The notes below the pieces were generated by a model, which made no database searches, was not told the origin of the DNA, and saw nothing but the letters and a program-made list of their open reading frames with translations. The position numbers and the translations under genes are program-made. This document shows positions 23,401 to 35,400 of a stretch of DNA of 64,000 nucleotides, one piece after another (the stretch's first letter is position 1; the number at the start of each line of letters is the position of its first letter). Source of the DNA: Ascidiella aspersa (Eukaryota); contig OZ004610.1 in assembly GCA_963924565.1 (NCBI GenBank), positions 12,896,001 through 12,960,000 on the forward strand, written 5' to 3'.

Positions 23401-26400
23401 AGGTGAACGAAGAACAAGAAAAAAGGGAGCAAACAAATGTGCACGGTAAACACTGCATCACTCTGCAAACGATCAAGATGAATCATGCCTCGTGTGTCGC
23501 GCGCAAAATGGTGCCCGCGAAACGACAACAGATGATGATGAACGTGGTAATGGCGGCGATGAATATGGATGACAAACATTACGACAGAGGCGCTAGAAAG
23601 TGTGGCTATATGCATGTGTACAACACCTCGCCGACTCGATATAAACACGAGGGACGTTTCACAATTTTATAGTCGTTAACATGCACACTTTGATGGAAGA
23701 AACTGCCATAACCCTTTACGGCTAGGTTTAGCTTTGATGGTCACACATCACTATTGTGTATAATATTATGAGGATGGGTTTATGAAAGCATACCGGATTT
23801 TAATTTTTTGACATGTTGGACTAAAATGTATTTAATATCGGCGTATTACTTTGTGAGTACCACAAAACTTTACTACGTGCAAACGACGTTTAAACAATGC
23901 ACAAATAACCCTGCTCTCCTTTTTAACAGCCGCGTATTCCAAGTGACTACTTTTCTAGCCACACTAAAGCGATCTGGATTAGGCTGGCAATCAACTCAAT
24001 CGGGCAATGTACACACAGAAGAAGGTCCCCACTACGGCAGTGTTTAATTGCCCGCCTTCCATTGCGTTTGAAGTTGAATCACACACATCCACTCAAGGTT
24101 AGTCGACCCCGGGTCTAGCGACCAGTCGAAACATGTATTTTTGGCCTTTGTGACTTATGGGAAAGGTTGAAAGCTTGTGAAATCCTAACATAAACAGTCG
24201 GCTCCGCGACCTATGCCAATGGAACAGTAAATCAAGCCAAATCTATTTGATGTAGAATTTTATGGGGCGCGCTAATTAAATGGAGGCCAACAAAGGACTT
24301 GACTGTTGGCTTCTAGAAGAACATTTGCTATTTCAATTCGCAGACATTCGATTGGTTACACAACTCCTTCTTTTAAAAGTAATCGGTAGCCAACCAAATA
24401 CACAAACAACACTCCACACAAAACGAGTAGCAATCATAGGTTTTAAAAACACACAAGCAAAATTTAGGAAAATCAATACGTTTGATGATTGGCACAAACG
24501 CAAACACAAAATCAAATTTCATGCAAAAAGTAACTTGGTGTAAAATTTGCCAGACAGTGGGTAAACAACTTTAATGAAGTGTGCAAAATAGTTTGACCAA
24601 CTCTAGCTAAGTGGTAAATTTTCCAATTAATAAAAACTTCTTTTTGGAGACGACCGTTGTAAAATTGATCATAGAAAAACAGTGTATCAGGCAAGTAAAA
24701 TCAAAACCCAAACAAAAACTGCACAATCACGTGACTGCATGCATGAGTGCAACGACCAATCGGGTCGTGCGAACCAACCTGAGGAAAGCGAACTGACAGA
24801 GAAGGAAGGGTTCCGTGGCAGAAATAGCGGCGTTTCAGGTCCTGTGTGGTGAATTAATGGCCAAATATGGTTATCAACGTTACTTTTTTGACAAGACGAT
24901 TCGAGCGTTTTTGACAAGGTGTTAAGCGGGCGACAAATCGTTAAATGCAATTATTTTTTTAATTGGGTAGATTCAATGAAAGGCTACAAACAAAAATGCA
25001 AAGAAGCACTAGCGAAATACTGTGATTCTCAGCAACATAAAGATATAAGTCATTAAACAACGATGTCTAAAAGCAATATAACTATGATAAAAATAATGAT
25101 TGGTAAACATTAAGCGTCTGCAAAACCAAAACTATTTTGTCCTGTACAGTACGCAAATTATCTTACTGTTTTAGATATTTTCTTTATTATAGGCGTTTAC
25201 TTATTTTTAGGCCAGACAGCGCGACAAATATCGATTTTGCGACGGTCCAACGTAAAAGTCTAAAAGAAGACTGACTAATTAAGAGTTTGAGCTTAAATAC
25301 AGATGCTACTTAGAAATCGACAAGCTCTCACACCACCATTGAATTATTGGATAAAAAAAACCTAATAAAAACAAGGTGGTGCAAACGAGTTGTCGATTTG
25401 AAAATGCAATAAACTTTTGGCAGTGGCGGCCGATAATTAAGCTCTTTTTTGACAATCGTGTAATACGCCTCAATCGTGTAATACGCCTAAGAAAATACAG
25501 GTGTTGCCCAACGACACCCTTGTATTTAAACGTTAGCCGCAAAGGAAGTTGTACACCCAAATAAGCGACCGCAATTTAAGGATGAGGATTTGTAAATACG
25601 AAGTTCCTGTCTTCGGCGTCCCGAGGTAGTGTATAGTTAAGCAATTGCAGTTTTTTACGCGAAGCAAGGTGTCGCTTTTAATTTGCGCGAGGAAGGCGAC
25701 AGTCAAAGTCGGCAAAGAATGTGCTGCGTATTTTCGGCAAGGTGACAATTTTCCGTCGAAATCAGCGTGGAATTGCTGAAGCGCCGTCGGCCTCTATGTG
25801 CACACACTCATCTAATTGCCGCATTCGGCCTGGTTTTAAGGTTTTAATTGTGCCCGGCGATCGTCCGCTGTCGACTGTACAGCGTTATCGGTCATGTTGA
25901 CTAAAAACGATGTTTGTTTTGAAAACGCCATAATATTCGATTAAATCGACATTTGGCTGTTCAGTTTGATAAAATCCACATTTGTTTCCATGAAATCAAA
26001 AGTTTCGCTAACAAACGTTTTTTTCAATAGCTGCCCCCTTTTTATGTGGCACCTTTAAATGCAGTCTCACTGAACAGAAATTAAAGCAAAGGTCGCGGTG
26101 CGTCACGCAGCTAAAACCGGAATTCCTGACATCCCTGAAAAGGCCGTGAGGCGACTTTACTCAAAGTTTCGCGAGAAACAGTATACGTGACGTCACGGGC
26201 GTGACGATCGTCGTCGATCGGTCACAAACTGGGCGACGCGCGCACCTTATCAGCCGATTCGATCAGCGGAGTGCGAACCGTCAGCCTTCGCCGATGATTT
26301 CTTGTGAGAGTCGCTATTTTGGCGAGATTCGGCGGAATTTTGTGGCCCGGGAAGTCGCAGTGCGCTTCGGTGAATTGGACGCCGGGCGTCGCCGTATCGA

Positions 26401-29400
26401 TCTGCGGCCGGGAATTTTAAGGGTCGAAGTTCGCCGTCGCGATTGCGCCGCCGCACCGTATTAACACGCGCTCGACTTTGCTCAGTCCGTGATACCAGTG
26501 CGTTTACAACCGCCTATAGGTTTTGAACGATTTTATTAGCTGCGAACTAACTTATAGACATTTCGGTCGAAACAAGACTTTTTAGTCAACATTTCGAATT
26601 GAGATACGGTACTTACTAGACCTATTAAGTAAATGTGTATAAAACACGTACAGTATTCCCTAGAAGAATCTACTAGTTTGATCGTTGTGCAGATAGAAAA
26701 AAGTTCAGGAAAATATGATTGCCTAAAAGTCATGAGAAAATATATTAAAGATGTAATTTTTGACTCAAAAAGATAACTATATTGCACTTGATAAGTTGTC
26801 AGAACATAAGTCTAACAAGCAATCTTTACTCACTTAAATCGAGACTCTTCCGGTTCCTGCCTCTCTTGAATGCGCGCGAAAGCGAGCCGGAGAGGTGTTG
26901 GACTAGTTTCTTCTTCCTGGTGTACGACTGACCTAGAGAGCCCTCCGGAATGCCGATGGGATCGATCTGTACGTCCTCACTGGAGGAGGAGTGTCCTCCG
27001 GCTGGCTGGCCGAAGCAATGGCGTGGTGAGACTGGGGATGGGGTGGGAACCAGTAGCGGGTCCTGGCTGTGGGAGGATGTGTTTGGCTCGATGTTGACTG
27101 CAACAGAATAGAGCGGTGTTAAGTGAGTTTTGGGTAAAAAAAATCGGAGGCCTATATGGACGTGTTTGGCGAAGAAGATGTCTTGCTCTTCTCAACTGTG
27201 ATCTGAAAGGTACCGAGAGAGCATTTAAAGAACAGATGCGCCTTGTAAGCTCTTTCGGCAGCTTGCAAATGTATTGGTGGAGCGGCACTTCACGTGCTAT
27301 TTATTCAGGCAAATATGATCGATTGTCTTTTAAATTATCGTTGGCGGGAATTCCAGCTTATGTATCTTTATCAATCCAAATGGGTCGCAAGTCATTGTAA
27401 AATTATACGAAATTTAAGGGTTTCCTACCAGTTTTATTACGGGGTAAGTTTTTTGACTTTACGCGATTGGCCCACAGCCGTCACAAAAAGGAGGTTTAGT
27501 TGCAAGTTTCTTGCCAATCATGGTACATATGAAATGCCAGACGATCGCACATTGAACAGTGTGGTTGCGCAATCGCGTGCACAAACTTTTACAAATAAGT
27601 ATCAGCGATTGCGCGTTGTCAGCAGCAGTGGCGGGCGACCGAACAGAGTTCAATTGCGGCTTTCAGTGCAGGCAAATCGACGGCAATAGTTCGCTAATCG
27701 GTAAAGCGCAGAAGCGATAAGGCAAGCTTCGCCACTCGACAGTAAACGACGAGAGAGACCGCGGAATAGTTTGATTTGTTTGCAACGGGGCGTAAGGGCC
27801 CCATTCAGTTGTGGTTTTACGGTAAAGTCCGAAGTCCGACAAAAAAACACGTTCGCCCGGCAGCAAGGAGAAATAGTCGAATGTCTCACCGGCAAGGGTG
27901 ATCTTGTTGTTGAGGAAGCTCTCATCAGCGGAGACGTGCATAGAGCGGCGTTTCGAGCTGCTCTGCGACTGCATGGCTGCCTGGCGGAGCTGCAAAAAGA
28001 CAAGTTCAGATTTTCAAGTGGATTAAGAACTTAACAGGCGCCTGATCGTTCGTCCGAACGACGGCCGGTGCCGTTTTTTAAGAAAAGTACGGCCTTTTCG
28101 CCAAACTCATGGCGGAGGAGGAAAATACTTAAACCTTTCAATTTCGTGGAAGGCCGGTAGGCTTTCATAATGGGCGATTACAAGCACACATAACATTAAG
28201 GCCTATTGATATTGACCCAAATAACTTTAGAATGAAATAACCGAAATGCATTTTTCTGAACAAAAATCTATCGATAAAAGAGCAAAACATAAAATGAAAA
28301 AAATGGTAACAATACATATAAGTTGATGTTTCAAAAAAGAAGGGCTAGATCACAGTTGTTAACCCACATGTGTGTGTGGATGTTTCTTTGTTTCAAAAAG
28401 TGAGATATTTTTCACAACAGAAAGCCACAAAGATCAAATTAGTATCTATTTTCTTTTACACACCAGGATCAGTTCGTTCTCCAGTTCCCTTATCTTCCTC
28501 TCGTTGCACACGAGTTCGCTCCTCTGCGATCCGACCACCTCGGCAAGATCCTGATGACGTCTCGAGAGGTCGTTCCGCTCACGTGACAAGCGCGATCGCT
28601 CCTCGTCAGCTTCGCGCATTATGTCTTCGTTTTCCTGAACGGAATAATGCCATATTGTAGTTTAAAATTAGAAGTCTTGTGTTATTTTCATTTTCAGGGC
28701 TAAAGGATTTTGAGCTTTGATTTTGCTAAGCGGGTATAACAAACACATATCGAAAAATGAGTAAACGAAAGTTGCTGCCGTTCAATATTTCATTATATAG
28801 TTATAGTTTCCGTGATGCCGTTTACTGCATAACACGTTTTTAAGTTTGTCCAAAAGTAAGACGGGCCGATGTAATATTTGTAGTTCTTAGTCTAGATACG
28901 AAGTACAAGCCAAAATTATTTAATAAAATTGCGGGTGGCCAGAAACATCGTGCCTGGAGGTAATATTTGTTTGCCTTAATCGAGCTACCCTTTTCAATGC
29001 GTGACAGGTTACACAAAATTCAAGCAATGTGTTATAAACATTCAAGGCTGGGACGCGTCATGTCGGTTCAACCCAGCTGTGTTGATTTCTCGCAGGGAAT
29101 CGAAATGTGCGACTCCCGCGTAGAAATTCATAACGGCACTTCACTGCGGCGGTAGCGGGGGTCGAAATATTCGTCGCCGCGTGACTTATCGCGGCTTAAG
29201 GCGCTAATCAGCGACGCCGGTCGCACAGCACGGGAGATTTTCACGGAAATTCTTAACGCTACGAGCCATGGAGACTCAGGGGAGACCCGGCAAGCCTTTT
29301 TTATTTGTTGAAATTGATCGCACATCGACCTGTTTCGGTCGGGTTTAAAATTTAATTTCCGCGCACGAGGAGTCGCCCCGTTCCGTGTTGACGCTGCGAA

Positions 29401-32400
29401 TATTGCCCATATTGCCAATATATAAAGACTATTTACATTTCCTTGCCACATGGGCGCATTATTATTGCCTTTTTAGCCTGAATGAAATAACTGGTAATTT
29501 GTAATAAAATTCACGTTGCACTGGCGGTTTGCAAACGTACCTGAATGGGCGAAGTCCAGCTCGGCAAGAGTGCGGAAGTACCACACAGACAAAAGCTCTC
29601 TATAAATACCAGCGAGCAATGCCATTTACAGACCGGCTTATGGGATAATATCCATTTCAAAGGCGCCTGGCGGCATCAAAGGCGCAGCGATTCACGGTTG
29701 AACCGCAAAAGTAAAGGTTGGCTTTGAGATTTTCGTGCAATGGCGAGACAAAAAGGAGAAAAGTTTGGAGCCGCACTCAACTCTGAGTCGGTTCACAAAA
29801 ACACATTTGATTGGAAAATGCTTCCCTGTAAATTGAATCTCATGGAAGAAAAGCCAAAGGCTGTTTACAGCTTAAAAACAGACAGCTGTGTAAAGGTAAA
29901 TAATTTTAAGGATAGAGAGCAATAATAAATTTCGTTCAAAACACAGAGTTTCATTTGTGCACAACTTGGTTTCATACAATGAAAAAAAAACACCGACTAA
30001 CCTTCATCTGAAGTTCAAATTCCCGGATAAAGTCTCTCAATTGCTCTTCCTTGTCCTCCACGGTTTTCTGCATCTCGTTTATCTGGTTTAGCAAGTCAGC
30101 TTTGTCGTTTTTCAGTCGCTGTCGCTCGCTTTGCAAAGCTGCGAAAAGAAGCGAACATTATGGTAAAAAATTTTTTGTCATGCATCGAAAATAAATATTA
30201 AATTCGTAAAAATAACTTAAAAATTGTGTTTAAACACTAAATCATATAACCTAGGTAAACCTTCTTTACGATAAATTGACTGATCAACAAAAACGGTGAA
30301 AGCATCCTTTTACGATAAAGTCTACACAATCGATGACACGTCACAACACTTATTCGTTCGTCAAATTTAACAAACTATTTTCTAAAAATTGGTTTTAAAC
30401 CCATATGAACTCCGAAAATAATTTCATACTACGCCTCCTTATAGTCACAATTTGTGATTAACAACCACACAATTTTAAATAGTTTAACATTTTATAACGA
30501 GCACGATTTTAACTTAAATGTTTGTTAAAGTCAGTCATAGCGGCTTTGTGTTTTTGCTTTGATCTCTAAAATCGAAGGTATTTCGACAAATGCGGACGTA
30601 TTCGATCAGTTGTGGGCAGATGGGAGGGTTAAAAACGCCGACATAAATACTACAGCAAAAAGAGCAGAAGCGTTTAATCCGCTACAAATCCTCGTGTCTT
30701 CGCGCCCACTTACTTTGCACGGCGTCCTTGCTGCGATTTTCGTTGTTGGCAATCTGTTGCTTCAGGTTGTCCATCTCTTTCTGCAGCTGGCGGTTCTGCG
30801 AACTCAGAGACTTGTTCTCCTCGCTAATCTTGTTCATCTCGATCGTACCTGGCAATGTGATAATCATTTCTTTGTAACGCGATTTTGACTTCAAAACTGT
30901 TTAGGCGTTTGGGCTTAAAAGGGAGCATCTCTTCCATATACATGGGAATAAGAATTATTGTTTTTAAAGTAAACTGTAATGAATTTATCTATTCCTGAAA
31001 GGTAAGATAAGGGACAAAAATGAAGTGGAAAATATATAAGTGTATAAGTTACACAACAAATAAACAGAAAGGTGGAAAATATATAACTGAACAAGTTAAA
31101 CATCAAATAATTATTTGTTATAATCAGAGAACTTCGGAGCATAATGTTTGGAGGTTGTAGTAAGACGTAATGAGAATATCAAAGCCCATACAGAAGTAGG
31201 TATCGTTTTGAACGTTTCGAATAACGAAGTAAGTGCCTTCTCTCTATGTTGAAAATGAATAAAGAGTTATTCGAAACGTTTTAAAATGATACCCACTTTT
31301 GTATGGGCTTTGATATTCTCATTACTACAACTTACAACCATTATGCTTCAAAGTTTTAATCGAGGTTTGCGGTTTATACCTTGGCAGTGAGCGCAGCCTT
31401 CTTTGACGATGGAAAGTTCTCGAAGCTTCTGGTTGGTCATGTTCAGTTCCACACGGAGCGTGTTCACCTCGTTGTTGGCCGACTGGATCGTTCCGTCGAT
31501 GTGAGTGGCCAGCCGTTTGTTGTTGTCCACCATCTTTTTAAACTTGCTCTGTGAGAAATTGCCACATTTCGTAAACATTGACCCCAATCCAAACACCAAA
31601 TTTTAAAACTGGCGTTTAATAAAAAAAAACACTAGTAAAGTAATGCATAGATAGAACAGTTTAATTGATAGATTTTAACCATTTTAATCAAATTGATGGA
31701 TTTTTATCAAATTAGTAATTTTTTTAATTTATTTAAAAAATACGGGTTATTAGTATTTCCATTCTAATTTCTAAGGAAAGGTCCTCCTAAACTTTGTTTA
31801 GTTTTAGGGCATAGGGACATCGTTTACATAGCACATTGGTTATGGACTGAGATAAAAGTGAGAGCACACGATAAGGGTTTTGTGAGTATACGACATTGTA
31901 CACATAGCGAACTGCCTCATACCTGTGCGTCCATGAGAAGTCCCCGCATCAATGATAGGGATGCGTGGAGGGCGTCCCGTTGCTGGGGAAGAAGAGCGCT
32001 TTGATCCAGTAATGAAGAAGGGGGAGCGGTCAGGTCGCTCTTCCGTCCTCCCGCGGTCGTATTGAGCGAAGAACTGAAGATGAACTGGAGAATCTGCTCG
32101 CTCAGTGAGTCGAGGGACTGCAGAGCTGAATCGAATAACAAGAAGGTTAAGTTTATTCAAGTCGATCAACTTTTTTATCACACCCTGATATTGTGTTATT
32201 CTACAATGCAGCGGACTTTGGCTTGAAATGGTAACTTTTCGTTAAAAAATGGTAACTTTTTCGAAATTTATACGCCCGGTTGACCATGCGCTATAAACGA
32301 GCAACATCTTACGAAACAAGAAAAATTACATGTCAATGAGCACCGGGTTTACGGTACTTGGTAACTTACCGCCGCGGGATTTGCCCGAATCTGTTGAACA

Positions 32401-35400
32401 GCGACAGCAAAACAACAGCCGAACTTGCACTAGGCTACTGGGAATCGGTTGATGCCAGTTTGTCGCGGCTTCGCTTTTCCGCAAGGAACAACAACAGCAG
32501 CAAGCTTAGCTCGAAAACCCTACGCACGTGCTGTCGAAAACCAACTGATACGTAAACCACAAGAGAGCCGTTTACGTGGCAACTTCTAGAGTATCCGGCT
32601 ACATTTACACCACTCTGTTTTTCGTGGCGTTTTTAACTGTCTTTGAATTTTGCCTAGGAATGGAGAAAGGAACACTTTTCGGTGATATTTTCTAGGTATC
32701 GAGATAACCTTGAAGGCTGCAAGGCGCTATGTTCAGTGGGTGTTGAATTTGCAAAACCGCAGGCATTTGTTCGTGGCGCGGGTGCACTTGAACTAACGCG
32801 CACGGGACCAAGTCGCACATCCTGTTTTCCACCCGGCTTTGGCGTTATTAGCGGGGCCTGTGTAATGATCCGAAAGGAGGTGACCGTCAATCTAACGCCG
32901 GGAAGCCGGCTGACAGCAGTTCACGCGGTTAGCAATATCAACTTCGAACGATTTGCAATGCTTTGTGCTGACATCAACTGTTTTTTGACAAAAATATTTC
33001 AAAGTGATGATCTCAGGCCTTTACTGCACTGAACTGGTCGAGAAATATACCTTAGACTGCAACTATTTCAGTAAATATTTTCGTAGCTATCCTTTACCTC
33101 GCCATGGTAAACACAATCTAAGCTCTGCTATAGTGACATTTCAAGCGATGTTTTTGTTTTTCGCACGATCCACGGAGTCCGTTTTACCTTTTCACCTCCC
33201 AAGTCGTTTTGGCGCCTTAACGCCCTACGAAGATAGAAATCTGATAAGGGCTCTCAATGCTATCTCCGTGGACACGGGTCCAGTTGGGCGACCTGATACC
33301 AGCCAGTATACCTGTACAGCAGAACGGGCTGTCGAGTTCTCACCCTCTTCTCTCCTCCCACCACCTATATACGTCGAACGGCGCGACTACAAGGCAAACA
33401 GCGATTCGCGACAGAACAAGCGATCAAACGCAAAGTCAACAAATCACCTTTGGCCGATCGCTCCGGGAACACAAAGGGGCGCCGGCGACCCGCCCATGGC
33501 ACAAGCTCCTAAGCGGGGTCGAAACAAAGATCTGTCCGTGTACGTTCTGTAGGACCCTGTACAATCGGGTTGGGAGTGCGCAAGACAAACATAGGATATC
33601 AGGGCGCGAACCTTTTGGTGCGAATGACCTGGACGGTTCGAAACGTTTTCAACCTTGAACGATAGACGCGGTGAAAATTCGCGACAAGTGACGCGATATG
33701 TCGCACTTTGGAATTTATGCGCGATTGTAATCCTTTATTTGTTGAATTGCCGAATCTGAACGATCGCACAATTGTTTTCGAATCTATATTTAAACAAAAA
33801 ACCTTTATCGTTGCGGGTTTAAAGGTTTTTCCGATTTTGTAGTGGTTCGCTGGGATTAATCGGCTACACATCGCGCCTTCTCGCGAAATAAATCCTTACG
33901 GCTGCGCAGCTCGATCACAATTGTGGTTTAATCATACTTCCAAGCCAACTCTCATTGTAATGCTGGAAGTATGTGCAGCTTTTTTAACTCGCTATAGGTT
34001 TTATTCTCGGTCTAGTTCTGTAATTTTAAACAAACCGACCTTTCTACACAATTTCATATAACCGGTTACAATTTTGCCACCACAATGAAAATCAGATCCT
34101 TTTCCTAAATATGTGTATTCAGGAAACGGCTGACCAACCGACTGGCGTTTTGCCTTCTGACCAATGAAAAGGCTTGTGCTCAATGCATTTGCGGCCGCGT
34201 CCGAACCTTTGGCATGCGATGCTAAATTATTGATGACCGCGCGGATTGCGGCCTGGTCTGAAAGATTATTAGTGGGCAGCTAAAACCGCGGCCTTCGCAA
34301 CTGACTTTTGAGTGACGGCGACTCGAGTTATGGTTATGAGTCAAAAGGTTCTGCGAAAGTTAATTAACACGTTGCTATTCATTGACGGAATAATTCAAAT
34401 GCAACGAAAGGCGATTTGCAAACAAGGCGTTGTAAAAGTGACAGTTCCTGTTATCAGCGAGTCAAGATGTGAACACGATTTGTAATATCTCGACGCGGGG
34501 CTGATCCTTTAAAATCGAGATTAGGATTCAACTGTGCCAGTCCAATACCTAAAGTCCCAGTTCGCACGCAGCCAAGTTTACGAGCTCGGTATTGATGTCG
34601 TTCCCAACGTCGAACCCGGACGCTGTGGAGAGAGGGGCGGCAGACAGAAGCATATACGAGGCGCCGTGTAAAGTGCGCGGCGGGAGCAAATCACACAGGG
34701 TTTTGCGCGTTCGAGCGGATAAAAGTGCCATTGTGCGCGCTTGCCTGCCCGTAGCAGCAGCAGCAATATCAAGCCGTTTCCTAAAAAGCTCAATTTTCGA
34801 CTGAACTATTTGCCTTCTACCGTGGTGTTGTGCTGCTACTGCCGGTGGCATTCGCCTGGTTTCGTCTAACAACAACAATGCTCGCTCAAGCGCAACGATC
34901 TGTGCAAAGCCCTCCCGCGCAAACACAAAGACACCGACGATGTCTAATCTTTGCCGATGCGCAATTATAGTGGCGGGAAACTTGACAACAGGCATGGGTG
35001 ACGGATCGTGACCACTAAATGTCCATGGACCGTCAAAAGTGTCTCACTTAGTAATCCTTTCCTCGACAATGACTTGCTTAGCAGGTTTTAAATAAACTGT
35101 CTCTACATGGTACTAACTTGTATAAATTCAAAAATCGTTAACAACAAAAGCAATTAGCACCATTTTTATGCAGGGCTCTATTACTTATTTCTCATTTTAC
35201 ATATACGTTTTTTGTTGTTGTCCGGCAAGAGTCCACAACCTAATAAACTCCACGAGACCCGTGCACAAAAGTTAGATACGCCCAATCATTTTCGTCCATT
35301 AGCGGGCAACATTAGACGGCATGAATCTGTTTATAAACATACGTGGCCGCACGTGGCCATTTAAAGCGCAATGCAAGTGAGCCGCAGCCAAGAAACCGCT

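Noticed and set aside
25622-25638. GAGGTAGTGTATAGTT resembling let-7
   Set aside because: It lacks the central AGGTT and the 5' U, and no complementary hairpin arm is evident.
29541-29630. Donor-like CAG|gtacgt on the minus strand with a short upstream ORF (MALLAGIY...)
   Set aside because: Its phase (1) does not match the next kazrin exon (phase 0), and no unambiguous acceptor exists, so it cannot be supported without transcripts.
33004-33658. 182-aa and 133-aa plus-strand ORFs in kazrin intron 1
   Set aside because: No recognisable domain, overlapping frames, no supporting splice structure; expected in locally GC-richer DNA.
34549-34995. 148-aa minus-strand ORF as a stand-alone gene
   Set aside because: No motif, and it reads through a pyrimidine tract that looks like a splice acceptor. 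It is kept only as a possible small exon.
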